Shown here piece by piece: positions 1-12,948 of a DNA stretch of 64,000 nucleotides. The stretch covers positions 21,638,001 through 21,702,000 of the forward strand of contig NC_087260.1 of assembly GCF_037042905.1 (NCBI RefSeq). Direction: 5' to 3'. Origin of the DNA: Lytechinus pictus. Its lineage: Eukaryota. The translations under genes were made by a program, and so were the position numbers. The notes beneath the pieces are model-generated. The model ran no database searches, was not told the DNA's origin, and was given only the letters and a program-made list of their open reading frames with translations. How positions within the stretch are numbered: the stretch's first letter is position 1; each line of letters opens with the position of its first letter.

Positions 1-70
1 GTTCAGGTGTTTATGTTTAGGTGTAAACGTTCAGCTGTGTATGTCCAGGTGTTTACGTTCAGGTATGACT
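1..70. repeat. 14-bp minisatellite (GTTCAGGTGTTTAC-like) abutting the SLC6 exon-8 donor
   Basis: Five consecutive 14-bp units, continuing off the window edge. Confidence 0.7.
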
Positions 71-73
71 TAC

Positions 74-198
74 CGTATTCTACAGCATTATATACTGGGA
101 CTCCCTCGGTGTGCGCTACGAAGCCAACGAAGGAGAAGACCACGACACCACAGTACATACTCGTCAACACCTTCAAATAAGATACGATCATACAGTCC
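74..198 (-). CDS. SLC6 transporter exon 8 (TM7); the gene continues beyond the left edge of the window
   Basis: DCMIVSYLKVLTSMYCGVVVFSFVGFVAHTEGVPVYNAVEY(G). TTTCAG acceptor and GTAAGT donor. Confidence 0.9.
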
Positions 199-240
199 CT
201 GAAATCATCAAGTTAAAACAAGGTAAAAATTATGCCCATC

Positions 241-1698
241 CAGTGGCGTAACCACGGGGGGCATGGGGGGCACGTGCCCCCCCCCCCCTTCGGCTGGCAA
301 AAAAAACGGGGAAAAGGAGAAAAGAGGGAGAAAGGAAGAGAAACGTATTTTATAATTATGTTATGTTACTGTACATAAGAAACATTTTTTTCATAACTTT
401 ATGAAACATTATTTGCTCATGGCCTATGTCTTCATTGTTTCTGGTGCTCACATTGTCTGTTTAACTAGATATATAATAGATCAAATATTTTTTCGGAAAA
501 CTACAGTTTTCAAATATATTTCCTCGCACTTCAAGTTTTTATTGTTTTATGTAGTGACATATGCTCCTTTTTCATGACGATTTAAAGTGACTGCCCCATT
601 TTAAGGTCTTAATATAAAACATTTCCTGTCCGTGTTCACGTTCGCATTAGTGGATTGGTGAGATATGTCTGCTCTTCATGAATTCCTAAAATCTGCTCTT
701 CATGAATTCCTAAAAATTCCCAATTTCTGATCTGAATATCAAAAATTTTCAGCTCGCACTTCGCGCTCGCATCATTTGGTTAGTGAAATGCGTATGGTAT
801 TGGCGAATTCCTACAAACAAGCCTTAGAATGCCCCTCTTCAGGTCTGAATTTCCTAAATTTTCAGCTCGCGCTTCGCTCTCGCAATATTTAATTATTGAG
901 ATGCGTATGATAATCATAACAATGGCTACAAAAAGTGCTTCATGTGTTTAGATGTAATTCTAACAAAATCAGCAAGCGCTTGTCACTTGCATTAGATGAC
1001 TATGGTGAGATATGTATATTCTTTAATGGATTCCTTATAAAAATAGTCCTTAAAATATCCCTGTTTGGAGGCAATATATACAAAAAATTCAGCTAGCGCT
1101 TCGCGCTCGATTAGTGAACTACGTATGGTCTTCGTGAATTCATACAAACAAGTCTTAAAATGCTCCTCTTCAGGTCTGAATTTCCTAAATTTTCAGCTCG
1201 CGCTCGCAATATTTTAGTAGTGAGATGCGTATGTTAATCATGATTTCAATGACTACAAGTGCTTCCTGTGTTTAGATGTAATTCTAACAAAATCAGCAAG
1301 CGCTTGGCACTCGCAATAGATGACTATGGTGAGATATGTATACTCATAATGGATTCCTAAAATATAGTCTTTAAAATGTCCCTTTTTGAGGTCAATATAT
1401 ACAAAATTCCAGCTCGCGCTTCGCGCTCGTATTGTTTGTTTAGCGAGACAGGTACTATCATGATAACAAACATTTGCTTATAATGTCCCCTTTTTGGTTT
1501 GAATATCAAAAATTTTCAGCTCGAGCTTCGCGCTCGCATTATTTGATCAGTGAGATACATATCCGTTTAATGGCACCATCCTTAAAATGTCTCTATTAGG
1601 TCAATTTACCTGGCAACTGAGCGCGCGAAGCGCGCTCATTAAGTGAATCAATTTTTTTGCTGGTGCCCCCCCATGCCGTGACCCACGGTACGCCGCTG
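241..1698. mobile_element. Non-autonomous DNA transposon (CAGTGGCGTA...TACGCCGCTG TIRs) with internal repeats carrying GCTCGCGCTTCGCGCTCGC
   Basis: TIRs visible. The same left end recurs at 63850. Confidence 0.8.
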
Positions 1699-2034
1699 CA
1701 TGTACCCATCAATAGATTAAAATTGTTAACAGAAATCCTGTTTCCCTCCTATTCTAATTAAACTTCTCCCACGCACTGTGACTGCATCAATATTGCCTAT
1801 AGTATCTTGACAATTATGAATATATTTTCATTGTATTTGTATGAATAGAAGTCATTTAAAGTATTTTTAAAAATCCCTACTTTTTCGTCTCAACCCCCTT
1901 ACCAGAGACTTCAAAAAGGCTAACACAGTTTTAGATTTGTGTTTTCAACTCAATTCATATACAAAAAGAGAAAAAAAATATTGCCGTCATGCGAAACACG
2001 AAACAGTATTCTTACTGTAAACATACACTCTTAA

Positions 2035-3149
2035 CCCTAAAAAGACTGGGGGCTGATTCAGACCACCCCTCCTCGACATTTTTCGCGGTAAATCTGCCGC
2101 ACAATTTTGTTTGACCGCGTCGCTCCCTGACTTTTTACTTTCAAGTCTCGCACAACTTTTAAGACCAAAATTGCGACCCTCGGGTACGCATTTCCGAAAT
2201 GACGCAACATTTCGTAAGTGCATGCAGACCCGAAATTGCTCAAAAATGTGAATTCGTGTACAAAACCAATGCAAATAGTGTTTTAGCCAAAAGTCATAAA
2301 TGCATCATTACTTTTCCTTTTACTGAATAATATCAATTAATTTCATCTTTATTATGGTCAATATACAATATCTATTAAAAAAAACAATAAAAAGTCGAAA
2401 ACCAAGAAATACATAAGAAACTGAAAAAAATATAAAATACATAAGAAAATAAACATGACGTTGAAATCTTTTCAAAACATTTGATCAGATTCCTATAAAG
2501 AGTCTGTGGACCAAAAATTAGCATTCTAGGGGCATTATTTAGTTAATTAGAGCAAAATTTTGATTTTACGCATACATTAGTATGATTAATTAGCAATGAG
2601 ATTTTTCGCTGAATTTAATCTTATAGTTTTAAATATTATGCCATGGGTCACGCGCGTGCCAATTTTTGTTGTGATCGCGCGCTCGACGACCGAGATCATA
2701 AAATACGTGTTTACACTTAATCGGCTTTTGCATCGGCTTTTTCATAGCGTGTAAACGCGATTAACTTGCATCGGCTCGCGGTTCAGAACCGGCAATTTGC
2801 ACCACCAAAGTAGTAGGTTCAGAACCGCGAGCCGATGCAGAATCGGCTTTTTTACTACGTGTAAACAGAAAGCCGATTCTGCATCGGCAATTGGTGCGCA
2901 TTTCATTTACTTTTCCATTGTGACGTAATTGTAAGTGCACGCGTATCATTTCAGGTTTTTGCATCGGCTCGCGGTTCTGAACCGCGAGCTGTAACAGCGT
3001 GTAAACGCAGTGCAAGATAAACCAAAAGCCGATTCTGCATCGGCTTTTGGTTCTGAACCATATGTTCTGAACCAAAAGCCGATCAAGTGTAAACACGGTA
3101 AATGGGGGCTGAATCAGCCCCCAGTCGAAATAGCCCAGTCTATTTAGGA
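2035..3149. mobile_element. piggyBac-like MITE with TTAA target duplication
   Basis: TTAA|CCCTAAAAAGACTGGG ... CCCAGTCTATTTAGGA|TTAA. Confidence 0.8.
2706..3097. mobile_element. Palindromic MITE nested in the piggyBac-like element
   Basis: CGTGTTTACACTT(A)ATCGGCTTTTG ... CAAAAGCCGATCAAGTGTAAACACG; internal GCATCGGCT and GGTTCAGAACC repeats. Confidence 0.8.
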
Positions 3150-3587
3150 TTAAGACTAGGGTGTTAAAACCGACAACACTTGATGTCCCCAGGGAAAAAC
3201 ATCCTGAGGTGTTGAAATGACACCCTACAGTGTGAACATAACACCAAAGATTGTGAAAGTTAAAACCAAAGGTGATGTAATAACACCATTGTTGTTCAAC
3301 TAAAACTGTAAACTTAACACCGGAGTATAATAACTGGTGTAGTCATCCACATACTCCGGTATTGCTAATTCCATTTCGCCCCCATAATTCAAACAAAATT
3401 AATAAGAAAATATCAAAAACTTCAGAGAAGCTTCTCATTTACTCTCGTCGATACCTCATAATCTAGTTCTTTGTCAAGTCTTGCAAATATTAATGAGAAG
3501 CAATGTGAAACTACCACAGGGATATATTTATTCTTTAATTATATGACTGTAAATGTATTATTGAACTAGAAGTCGATCGCAACAAAC

Positions 3588-3691
3588 CTATAAAAATTGT
3601 AGTGGAACTTGTTAAAACTCCCAAGTGCTGTGAAGGCACCAAGTCCAATTGAAAAGGAATAAACAGCCTCTTTTCCAGCAGCTATCCATAC
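3588..3691 (-). CDS. SLC6 transporter exon 7 (TM6)
   Basis: Manual translation gives VWIAAGKEAVYSFSIGLGAFTALGSFNKFHYNFY(R), which aligns to the VWxDAAxQIFFS...SYNKFxNN pattern. Confidence 0.9.
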
Positions 3692-4403
3692 CTTGATAAA
3701 CATGATATAAAACACTAACATGTTGCATGATTATAGATTAGTAATATAAAGGAATGATAAAGTTTACCCTTAACTTCTATATATTGCTAGATTTCATCTT
3801 CTTTATTCAAAATTAATGACAAAAATAATGCACAACCAAATTAATGTGGGTTATAGGCCTATACTCATGTTATCTTGCTTTTTTTCTATTCATTAATGTC
3901 ATTTGGTTCATTTTTGTTTTAAAGTCTCGCGCAACTTCTGAGACCACAATTTGCGACGCCTGGGTAAAGTGTTCGAAATTACACAACATCATGTAAGTGA
4001 ATGTAAGAAAAAATTGCTCTAATGATTTCACGCAAAAAGCAATGTGAATTTTGTTTTATATAGCCAAATTAAATGTAGCCTCCTTTTTACTGATCAATGT
4101 TGTTAGTGAACCAAAGTAAAATGAAAAAGCAATTAAATACATAAGTAAACATTTCGATACAGATTTTTTCATAACAGTGCATTTGATCACGATCCTGGCC
4201 ACACGGAGTATCAAATACCTAGTCCCCACATACTGTCATAACTTGCGCCACGAGTTTAACGGTGGTCTTAATCGTGGAGTAGTCATAGTGATCATCGTAT
4301 CAGATCGTACTCAGATTTATAATTATCAGATCAGTCGTGACAATCGTATAGATCGTAGAAACAGTTTGAACGGTTCGAATAAAAAACGCGGTCAGTTACG
4401 AAA

Positions 4404-4680
4404 GGTCAATCGTGGCCGAGTGGTCTAAGGCGCTTGGCTATATACATGGAAAGTCCGGGGTTCGATTCCCGACCAAGGCACCTATGCCCGTGAGCAAGGC
4501 ATTTATTCGAAAATGCTCTTTTATCCTGCATTCAAACAAATGGAAAAACGTGCGCACCTAGTTACCAAGAATGCGTATAGTACATATTCTTGGTAACTAG
4601 GTGTGCACTTGTTTTTTTTAAATCGTGGCGTTCCTAAAAGATCGACAGAGTGGGAGAACGTATCAACTAAGGAATTAGCA
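4404..4680 (+). mobile_element. tRNA-derived SINE
   Basis: Pol III A box TGGCCGAGTGG and B box GGTTCGATTCC, followed by a TGAGCAAGGCATTTA body. No complete cloverleaf. Confidence 0.75.
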
Positions 4681-4994
4681 GGTCAAGGGCTTAAAGATTC
4701 ACAGCCAATATCTAATTTCAATCTTAATTGAAAGAAAACAAAATAAAAATAGTTTGTGCAATATAGCGATGTAACCATGTTTTTTCTACCATAATGCAAC
4801 ATTTTGCCGCGATCTGTGGTCGATATTAAAGGGACATAATGCCCTCTCACTTCGGACTTAAAAGAATATTTAAAAAAATAGGAATTGACTATTTGGGTTA
4901 GGATTCTGATGCCTATGCTATGAAAATACCTGTCATTCAGAACATTATACATGGCTAGATAGAGAAAGGAAGATGCATAAGATAAAAATATTAC

Positions 4995-5129
4995 ATCAAT
5001 ATCTCTGAGTCTGTGCACGTCTGGAAAGATAAAAAACAACAATCCCTCAAATGCTCCGGGTAATGTTACCCCACGTATCAGCAACGCGAAGAGGACGACG
5101 TATATGAAGGGAACGTTGAAATAGAACAC
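4995..5129 (-). CDS. SLC6 transporter exon 6 (TM5)
   Basis: VFYFNVPFIYVVLFALLIRGVTLPGAFEGLLFFIFPDVHRLRDID, containing the LLIRGVTLPGA signature. Confidence 0.93.
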
Positions 5130-5544
5130 CTGCAAAATTATCAGAAAAACAGCGAATTATAATAATGTTTATCATCAAACATGCAACTATTAAACAATTC
5201 GACTTTTACATTTGAGGACGTATTGTGACATCTCTCAACTGCATTTTTATTTCCATTTTTGAAAAGGCGCAATTGAATTATCCACCTCTATGAATTATAT
5301 TTGTCATCAAAATTTGGTGATTGCATATAGGGGCCTATAAATGATTCAAATGAAAATTCTATCCGCATTTCTTCAGTTTAATTCAATGAGTGTGAAATTG
5401 TTTAATAAAATAGAAATTTAGGGGGAAAACAATAAAAGCGATATAAATTCAAATGAATGAATATACTCATTTTCAGCTTGCAGTATTTTACAATTAGGAT
5501 CTTACAAAATGACAAACGGGAAAGCAAAAATGGATGAATGTTAC

Positions 5545-5686
5545 CTTGGCCATCCACTTGACGCCCTTCCACAGGCCAAAGTATATGAGTGTCCAAACGA
5601 GGAAAAGACATAAGGCCAGATGCCAAACAACCCCTCCAACGTCGAACATTCCTCCTGATACTTCAGGTTGACCGCGCACTTTGTGA
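5545..5686 (-). CDS. SLC6 transporter exon 5 (TM4)
   Basis: HKVRGQPEVSGGMFDVGGVVWHLALCLFLVWTLIYFGLWKGVKWMAK. Canonical splice sites. Confidence 0.92.
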
Positions 5687-6188
5687 CTAGAATATAGGAA
5701 ATTAATTCTCTATTTGAGCAAAGTTTCATCGTCAATTGTCTTAAAAATTAATAATAGGCACAGAATGTACGGAGGGCAGAAAAGCTAAAATTAGTAATGA
5801 AATACAAACTTACAATATAATGACGTATTCAAATGATATTAAAATCCTCTTTGCAAACCATGAAGTTGCCGATCATTAGCAGTAAAAAAGACTAGTGATT
5901 TGTATACTTAACTCGGATTCGCCCTTACCACTAACCCGTCTCTGTGCATTAACCCTAAAGGACGTTTCGCGCAATATTTCCAAAAACGCAAAAAAATAGC
6001 GCCGAAATGCTTTCGAATTTTTTCTTTTAAATCTCGCGCAAATTTTGAGACCAAATTCGTGACATATACATCGCGACACCACATGAATTTTTACGAGACA
6101 ATATGTCATGCCGAATATAATTTTTATACTTTGTGTATATACAAAGTCTGTTATTATTTTTCATGCACCACCTCTGGTCATTATTGTC

Positions 6189-7856
6189 CATAGGCGGATC
6201 CAGGGGGGCCCGAGGGGCCCGGGCCTCCCTATTGGCGGAGCAAAAAAAGAAAAAAAGGGGGAAAGAAAGAAAAAAAAGAAAAAGAAGGGAAAAGAGAGGA
6301 GAGAAAAAGAAGGGGAAACATTAGAGGAGGAAGACGAGTAAATAAAATAAGATGAGGAGAAGACTTCGAAAATAATTTTAAACATCTTTCATGTCGGGAT
6401 ATAAAATTTTTGCTCGCGCTTCGTGCTCGCATTATTCATATTTACAAAAGTGCTTTAAATGTCCAGCTTTCAGGCCATACTATTAACAGATTTCGCGCTC
6501 TCATGCTTTGGAAGAGTAATAGGAAGATAGTCATCATTTTCATATGATGACATAATGTCCTTATCCCAGTCCTATGTCAAAACTCAAAGTAATAATAATG
6601 AAACACATCGACTGTTTTTTAACTGTGATCTATATCTACCTCACAATTTTTCCTACAAAATGCTTGAAATACAGAGCTTAAATTGACCCTTTTTCAGATC
6701 GGAATATCATGTATTTTTAGCTCGCGCTTTGCGCTCGCTTATTTGATTTTCATGATTAGAAAGGTATTTAGGATACCCAAATTCTAGGTCGAAATCTGAT
6801 ACACATGGGCGCATGTTTATTCAGATACGCAGCTTGTTCTCTATTTAAATCATTATCCAGTTTCAGATTACGATATCAAAAATTGTCTGTTCGTGCTTTA
6901 CGTTCGTATTATTAATGTAGGAAAATTTCCAATTACTCATCCTTTTGATGATTTACAAAACATGAATAGAGTGTCCAGAATTGTTCTGCTCGCGCTTCGC
7001 GCTCGCATCAGTTGTTAATTATATACTGATCCTTTTCACGATTACAAGAAAAGTGCTTATAATTTCCATTTTTCAGGTAGAAATGTCAACATTTTCAGCT
7101 CGCGCTTCGCGCTCGCATTATTTGGTATTTGAAATATGTAACGTCTTGATGGCTAATAAGCAAACATATCCTTTTTTATATTAAATCAAAACGTATATTC
7201 AAAATGTATTTTTAAAAAATCTGCTCGAGCTTTGCGCTCGCATTATTAATGTAGGAAGATTTCCAATTACTCATCCTTTTCATGATTTACAAAATATGAA
7301 TAGAGTGTCACATTTTTAGGTTTAAATCTCGATATTTTCGCTCGCGCTTCGCGCTCGTATCAAGTATTTCAGTTATATACTTAATCCTTTTCCATTCTTC
7401 AGGAAAAATGCCAATTTTTTGCAGCCGTTAACAGATCCTTTTTGATCATATATCAAAACGTATATTAAAAATAAATTTAAAAAATTTCTGCTCGCGCTCG
7501 CATTATTTGATAATTGAATATGTAACGTCTCCAAGGCTAACAAGCTGCCGTTAACAGCTCCCTTTTTTATCAGATCAAAACGTATATTAAAAATTTCTGC
7601 TCGCGCTTCCCGCTCGCAGTAATTATTTAGTTGGATACACATCTCGTTTAGGATCATAAACAAAATTAAAAAAAATTTAATTTGAAGACAAAATACATAA
7701 AATAAACAAAAATCTCGTGCTTCGCGCTCGCACTTTTTTAATAATGCTTATGATATTATATATATATATTACTTCGAGCGGCCGATCGGGGAAAATGTGG
7801 CTGAAAAAAAAAATTCCGCCCCCCCCCCCTATTGGCAAAGGCTGGATCCGCCCCTG
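6189..7856. mobile_element. Non-autonomous DNA transposon with internal GCGCGAAGCGCG-motif repeats
   Basis: CATAGGCGGATCC ... GGATCCGCCCCTG TIRs, with a flanking TTGTC duplication. Confidence 0.8.
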
Positions 7857-7881
7857 TTGTCATTGCTATAAATCATCTTAC

Positions 7882-8072
7882 TTCCAAAATTCTTGCGACG
7901 GTTTGGTTGTGTAAGGCCTATTACCGCATTGGTCGTAGTCATCAAATGACGATACTGGTCTCACATCCCACACATATTCGGATGATGGTTGGTTGGTTGG
8001 AAGTTGTGGAAGTTGTGGTATATCACTCTTCTTGACGGCCAGGTATGTTCCGTTGATGCAAACCCATTCAGA
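7882..8072 (-). CDS. SLC6 transporter exon 4 (EL2)
   Basis: SEWVCINGTY...TTKPSQEFW, matching the SLC6 P..EFW motif. TTTCAG acceptor, GTAAGA donor, phases consistent. Confidence 0.88.
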
Positions 8073-9114
8073 CTGAAATGTATTCAACATATACCATTTT
8101 TATTTTTCTAACATCTTTTTCATCATTATATCATTTAATATCATTACCATTTTGTTATTTTGAATACTTGTATTACTCTCTTCACCAACATCAGCATCAT
8201 AATCATCAACATTATCATCATCATCATAAAAATAACATAATTTTTGTTACTTTACATATTATTATTACTTTCATCACCAATAGCCATCATCATCATCAGA
8301 AAAAAATATCTGAATCTTCCGTTGGGGATCGATTGTGTAAGAAAAGTTGTCACTTTTTTACAATTACCATAAGCAGATCCAAGGGAGGCGTCGAAATGGC
8401 CATGGCTCCCTTTGGAGGTGGCACTTCTCCAAAAAGGAAAAATAATACGACATAAGTAGGAAAGGAACTCAAGCTCGCGTCGATTGTTTAATTAGTTATC
8501 CATCCTCTTGATGACTACAGAAAATGCTTAGAATGTCCTGTTTAAAGTCTAAATCTAAAGAAAAAATAGCTTGTGCTCCGCCCTAGTATGTACTTCATTA
8601 TTTTTATTACAAGCGTGCTTAACCGTCCAGATTTCAGGTCGGAATATTTAATTTGCTTCGCCTGTTAGTTAATTTTTTTAATTCTGCTCGAGATTAAGGT
8701 AAGAGCTCAGAATATCCAGTTTACAGGTGAGATAGAAAAGAAAGCTCGCACTTTGCGATCGCATCAGTTGCTTAGTTAGGTACACATCCTGTTCATGGTT
8801 GCAAAAGTGCTTCGAAAGACGAATCATCAGGTCGGAATATCATTTTTTTCAGCTCGCGCTTCGCGCTAGAATTGATTGATGAAATATGTATCATCTTCAT
8901 GAATCACTGTAAACATCCCCTGCTAGTATAGGTATTGCATTGAATGCTTGGCATCATATTTCTCGACATTTTCCCATCCTTGATTTAAATCCGATTTTGA
9001 GGAAAATGACAGTTAAAACTTGTATGAATTAAACTCTTTTTTTTTTCATTCTACACGAGGCATGTAAAAATCGGGGGGGGGGGTATATATCCATTATAAA
9101 CATGATAAACGTAC

Positions 9115-9278
9115 GTCATAATCAAGGCAGGTGGGCGTGTTCCATTCATGATCGCATCTCTTCCATGGAAGCTCATCGCCAATGCAAGAGCTGTAGAGAT
9201 AGTATAAACTGTAGGCCAAGATGACATTATAGTAGATGTTACGCCAAAATAACACCACAGTGGAAGCTACACCAACTC
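9115..9278 (-). CDS. SLC6 transporter exon 3 (TM3 and start of EL2)
   Basis: GVGVASTVVLFWRNIYYNVILAYSLYYLYSSCIGDELPWKRCDHEWNTPTCLDYD, containing the LPWxxCxxxWNTxxC signature. Canonical splice sites. Confidence 0.93.
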
Positions 9279-9712
9279 CTAGAAAAGATCAAAGTAAAAT
9301 AAATGAAAAAATCCTACATGAATACACATACATTACAGAAGGCCCCTATCCCTCCCACTTTTTCAAATTCAAGTTCGAATTCAATTTGATTTCATTAAAA
9401 TATATGCTCATCATAATCAGTTCATAACGAAATGTATGAAATAATGACAGATAAAATGAATACATAAAATGCAGTACCCATTAATAGACCATTCACGCAA
9501 AGAAAAAATATATTGCAAAATGTTGAATTTGCTGATGAAATCTGAAAGCAGGATATGTATTCATCCACTCGACGTATGATTAACAGCGGTTATATTGTTC
9601 ATTAGGTTTCGGTTTACTTCCAGTCGTGCCAAATCTAAACATGATAATTATGTACAAACGTGCGAACTGTTAAGAAAATCAAAAGAGCTAGGATTGTTTG
9701 ATAAAATTATCG

Positions 9713-9859
9713 NNNNNNNNNNNNNNNNNNNNNNNNNNNNNNNNNNNNNNNNNNNNNNNNNNNNNNNNNNNNNNNNNNNNNNNNNNNNNNNNNNNNNNNN
9801 NNNNNNNNNNNNNNNNNNNNNNNNNNNNNNNNNNNNNNNNNNNNNNNNNNNNNNNNNNN
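9713..9859. other. Assembly gap
   Basis: Run of N. Confidence 1.
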
Positions 9860-10299
9860 TTCAACAGGGTAGCCTCTTCAGTTGACAAACTGCTATCACT
9901 GAGGGCCCTGCACACAAAAAAAACAATGTATATACATATATCAAATGGCAGACAAGATATAGCAATACATATATGAACATAAAATTGTTTGACAATAAAA
10001 GCATACGTAGAAACATCGATTCATCATTGGCGATGCCACAGAATTGGAGTGAGTGAGAGGGGCAAAGATAGGGAGAAAGTGAGAGAAGGAGAGAATGAGA
10101 CTATAAGACAGGGAAGGTGCGGAAAGAGAAAGAAAGAGAAAAGGACAGCAAGATTTGTAAGGGTGGGAAGGAAAGGGGGTAGCTCGACATAGGAGGGTCG
10201 AAAGGGGGGTACAACCATCCACACTCGATTATAAACATTATCGGAATATAAACAAAGTTAACAACTCACAGATATTAAACAATTACTAAACAACGTTCT

Positions 10300-11480
10300 A
10301 AATAACAAATAATAGGCTAAGGAAGTTTCTTAAATAGATGAATGAATGAAGCTGATCTCATGTTAGCACTAAGAAGATTCCATTTCTTTGACCCTAAGTA
10401 CTGAAATGTTCTTTTACCAATCTCAGTCATAATTACACCTGTTTGTTGGAGGGATGCAGTTGATTTTGAATGGTTTCAATCGCGTATTGGGGTTTGGTAA
10501 AAACTCACACAATGTATGTGAATCCCATCTTGAGTGCATGTTTTCCCACTTTAGTGCTTGGTGTAAATCATGGATATGGGTTCTAGGTTGATGAGCCCCC
10601 GATGTCATCCTGGCAAGTCTATTGTGGAGTTTTACAAGTCTATCATAGTAACCCGACTGAGCAATTGGACCAACAACTTCACAATAGTCGAAAAGAGGCA
10701 TTACTAGTGAGGTGCATAACAATTTGAACATGAAGTTTGGAATACATTCTTTCGCCGATCTTCTGACATGTTTAAGAAATCCAATTCTTTTTGATATTTT
10801 CTTTGCCGTGAAATCGATGTGATACTTATATGACAGATTTAGATAGACTCCTAAATATTTGAACTCTTTGACTCTTTCAATTTCTTCACTATTTATGTCA
10901 AGGTGAATGTTGTTCAAGGCACAAAGGCGTTGCTTTGTGCCAAACACGCACCATGAACTTAGTTTGCATAACGTTGAGTGTTAGTTTAAAATATTTCAGC
11001 CATGTTGATATATTGGTATTTGCGTTTTGCATTTTTACACGTTCCATCAAACAAAATAATAGCATCATCTGCATGCATATCCACTTTTATTTCGTTGGAG
11101 GCTTGGGTGACTGAGAGTGGTAATGTATTAATGTACATAATAAACTTTAAGGGGCCAATTATTGACCCCTGTGGCACCCCATACATGAGAGTATCCACTT
11201 GCGAGGTTTCCCCATTCACTTAAGAACTGTGCTTTCTTTCATGGAATTAAAACGTAAACCAATCAAGTTCTAAGCCACATACTCCAGCATCTTTAGGTAC
11301 TTTTAACAAAATCTTATATATACGATCCACCGTATATTGAATGCATTTTTCATGTCGTTACTTTGGCTTTTTTCCAGTTTGTTGGAAATATACCCGTTTC
11401 AAGAAATGTATTCATACTTGAGGGAGTACTAACATCGGGACGAGCTGCTTTTAGTAGTTTTAGGCGTTATTCCATCAAGT
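10300..11480 (-). mobile_element. Decayed LINE (CR1/L2-like) reverse-transcriptase fragment
   Basis: YGVPQGSIIGPL, HADD and FKYLGV motifs across frameshifted ORFs 10986-11219 and 10423-10947. Confidence 0.9.
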
Positions 11481-11715
11481 GATCAAATGATAATAATAAA
11501 AATAATAATCACCATCATCATAAAGATAGTATTGATAATGATATGATGATAATAATACAAATAATAATAACAATCCGCTTTTATAGGCCTATAACTACAT
11601 CAGAATGACCTTTAAGCGATTCACATAACCTCGCTCACAGTCATGATTATTGCTTGCCCGCACACCGTTTATGCACTTTCTCCACTCCTTGGGAAGCATT
11701 TCAACAATTGATTAC

Positions 11716-11847
11716 CTCTGAATAGTGGGCAAATCTTCCAGGCCCTGATGGATCCCGACGATGTATATTGACCAACAACCGTCTCCAAGAACATAAGAGG
11801 GATCGCAATTAACATCACAGCCAGTAGGTATGGGATGAAGAAAATAA
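11716..11847 (-). CDS. SLC6 transporter exon 2 (TM2)
   Basis: Manual translation gives (F)[43 protein letters not shown](G), a frame not shown in the ORF track. TAG acceptor and GTAAT donor; phases join exons 1 and 3. Confidence 0.92.
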
Positions 11848-12124
11848 CTAGAGGAAGAAACGTGATAATGATTAAAAAAATCTCGATTCACCTTCATATT
11901 CGAGGTAAGAATTCACTACATAGCAAGAATTACCTCCATTTAGTCGGCCTCGCTCTCCTTTGCCTCTTTTTTAATGCAATATAATTCTCATCACATTACT
12001 CGATCGCTAAATCACTGCAACTAATCAACTTGATGGGTATATATCAAAAGGTTAAATATGCTGATTAGACAGCATATCATTAAATATAGATATAACGAAT
12101 GGGACATTGGTGTGTAAATGTTAA

Positions 12125-12596
12125 AGGGGAATTCAACCTGAAGAACAATTTGTAATAATAAAAAATATTGGCGAAGGTTTGAGTAGAATCCGTTAAAGAT
12201 TAAGAAAGTTATTCGAATTTTAAGTTTAGGATACTTGTGAAGTCAGCTGCTGCGCAATGTGTTATGTAATATAAAATGCATGAATTCACTTTTTAATAGC
12301 TTCTGATGACTTACATTTGTTTTCTTTTCATGATCAGATGTGAAATGATTTGTCTATTGATATACAAAAGGTACAGTAAAAAACATTTTCAATTTTCTGA
12401 GAAAATGACATTTCATTGATTTTTACCATTCGCTATATGTATAAATGCTGCTCGCATGTGACGTCACAAATCAAATAATTCAAATTCTAATAACTTTATT
12501 ATTCTTTGATGGATTTTCCTCAAACCTTTGCCAATAATTTTCATTATTTTTCTGCTATTTTTAAAATAAACCTTTTTGTCAGGGTGAACTCCCCCT
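12125..12596. mobile_element. Kolobok-like MITE
   Basis: TTAA|AGGGGAATTCAACCTGA ... TCAGGGTGAACTCCCCCT. Confidence 0.65.
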
Positions 12597-12882
12597 TTGT
12601 TTGAATTCAACCTGACCTGTGGGGTCTGGTAAAAGAGATAACATCTGGAGATAACACTTTTTTGTGTTTTATTATTAGACCTGTATGAAAAAGAGAAAAT
12701 AATGAACTTATAAGATTAAATCATATAATTTAAGCTTATTATAAATTTAACGCTAGGTTTAAATATTATTGTATTCTGGAACAATCGGGGAAGATTTTTT
12801 TTAACAGTATACTCTAAGCACTTTTTTGCGAGAGGTATATGTACAAAATATGGTGTTTTAGAGTACTGGTCAAAAGAACAGA

Positions 12883-12888
<6 letters not shown>

Positions 12889-12946
<58 letters not shown>
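12889..12946. repeat. (TA)n microsatellite
   Basis: Read directly from the sequence. Confidence 0.95.

Positions 12947-12948
<2 letters not shown>

Noticed and set aside
8078-8455. His-rich 125-aa ORF (likewise the poly-D/poly-M ORFs at 62057-62330 and Lys-rich ORFs at 6108-6432)
   Set aside because: Translations of microsatellites or purine-rich MITE interiors.
12617-12681. Extra SLC6 exon (AG...GT-bounded on the minus strand)
   Set aside because: No SLC6 similarity, and exons 1 and 2 already join in frame without a gap in the family alignment.
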